DNA of 64,000 nucleotides from Octopus bimaculoides. Lineage: Eukaryota. The notes below the pieces were generated by a model. It made no database searches and had not been told where the DNA came from. It saw only the letters and a program-made list of their open reading frames with translations. The stretch spans positions 121,690,998-121,754,997 of the forward strand of contig NC_068984.1 of assembly GCF_001194135.2 (NCBI RefSeq). Direction: 5' to 3'. Shown one piece after another: positions 63,711 to 64,000 of this stretch (position 1 is its first letter; every line of letters starts with the position of its first letter). The position numbers were made by a program, and so were the translations under genes.

Positions 63711-64000
63711 TTAATGCTTTGCAAGCTTGAGATAAGCACTGGCCTCTTAATGATAGTGAGCATTGCTGAAATATACTGTCAAGTAAGGCACTTTACATAC
63801 TTAAGCATTTTTGTCCTTATCAGCACTTAAGACTACTTCTGTAAATTTTCTACAGACATTGTTGTGTGATTAAAAAGCTTGTTTTGCAGCCACATAGTTT
63901 CAGATTCGATCCCACTGTGTGGCCCCTTGGGCAAATGTCTTCTATATAGCCCTAGGCTAGCCAATGCCTTGTGAGTGAATTTGCTAGTCAGAAAAGAAGT

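Overview
AT-rich, repeat-dense eukaryotic scaffold with six N gaps. The SINE, MITE, Dong-R4 and mariner content and the heavy microsatellite load point to a coleoid cephalopod, most likely Octopus (inference). The only protein-coding gene I can support is the 5' part of a glycerol kinase 5 (GK5, FGGY family) gene on the + strand. It has six coding exons at 51958-63044 (195 codons, open across all GT-AG junctions) and continues past the window. The ORF track shows only its first exon and part of its second. The first ~52 kb contain no recognisable host exon. They are a mosaic of tRNA-derived SINEs (several with intact TSDs), LINE relics (R4/Dong, RTE, CR1-like, L1/Tx1-like), mariner and maT relics, hAT- and piggyBac-type MITEs, minisatellites and local duplications. 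The strongest leads are: (1) a ~380-nt nested fold-back in GK5 intron 3 whose outer mismatches are mostly G-U wobbles on the sense strand; (2) R4/Dong elements sitting in (TAA)n tracts, some of which are SINE tails, including next to the GK5 start exon; (3) an apparently extra GK5 intron relative to vertebrates; (4) an inverted duplication at 21.9-23.7 kb; (5) a 56-bp-TIR element bracketed by a longer direct duplication. I see no clear evidence of a wholly new multi-gene system.
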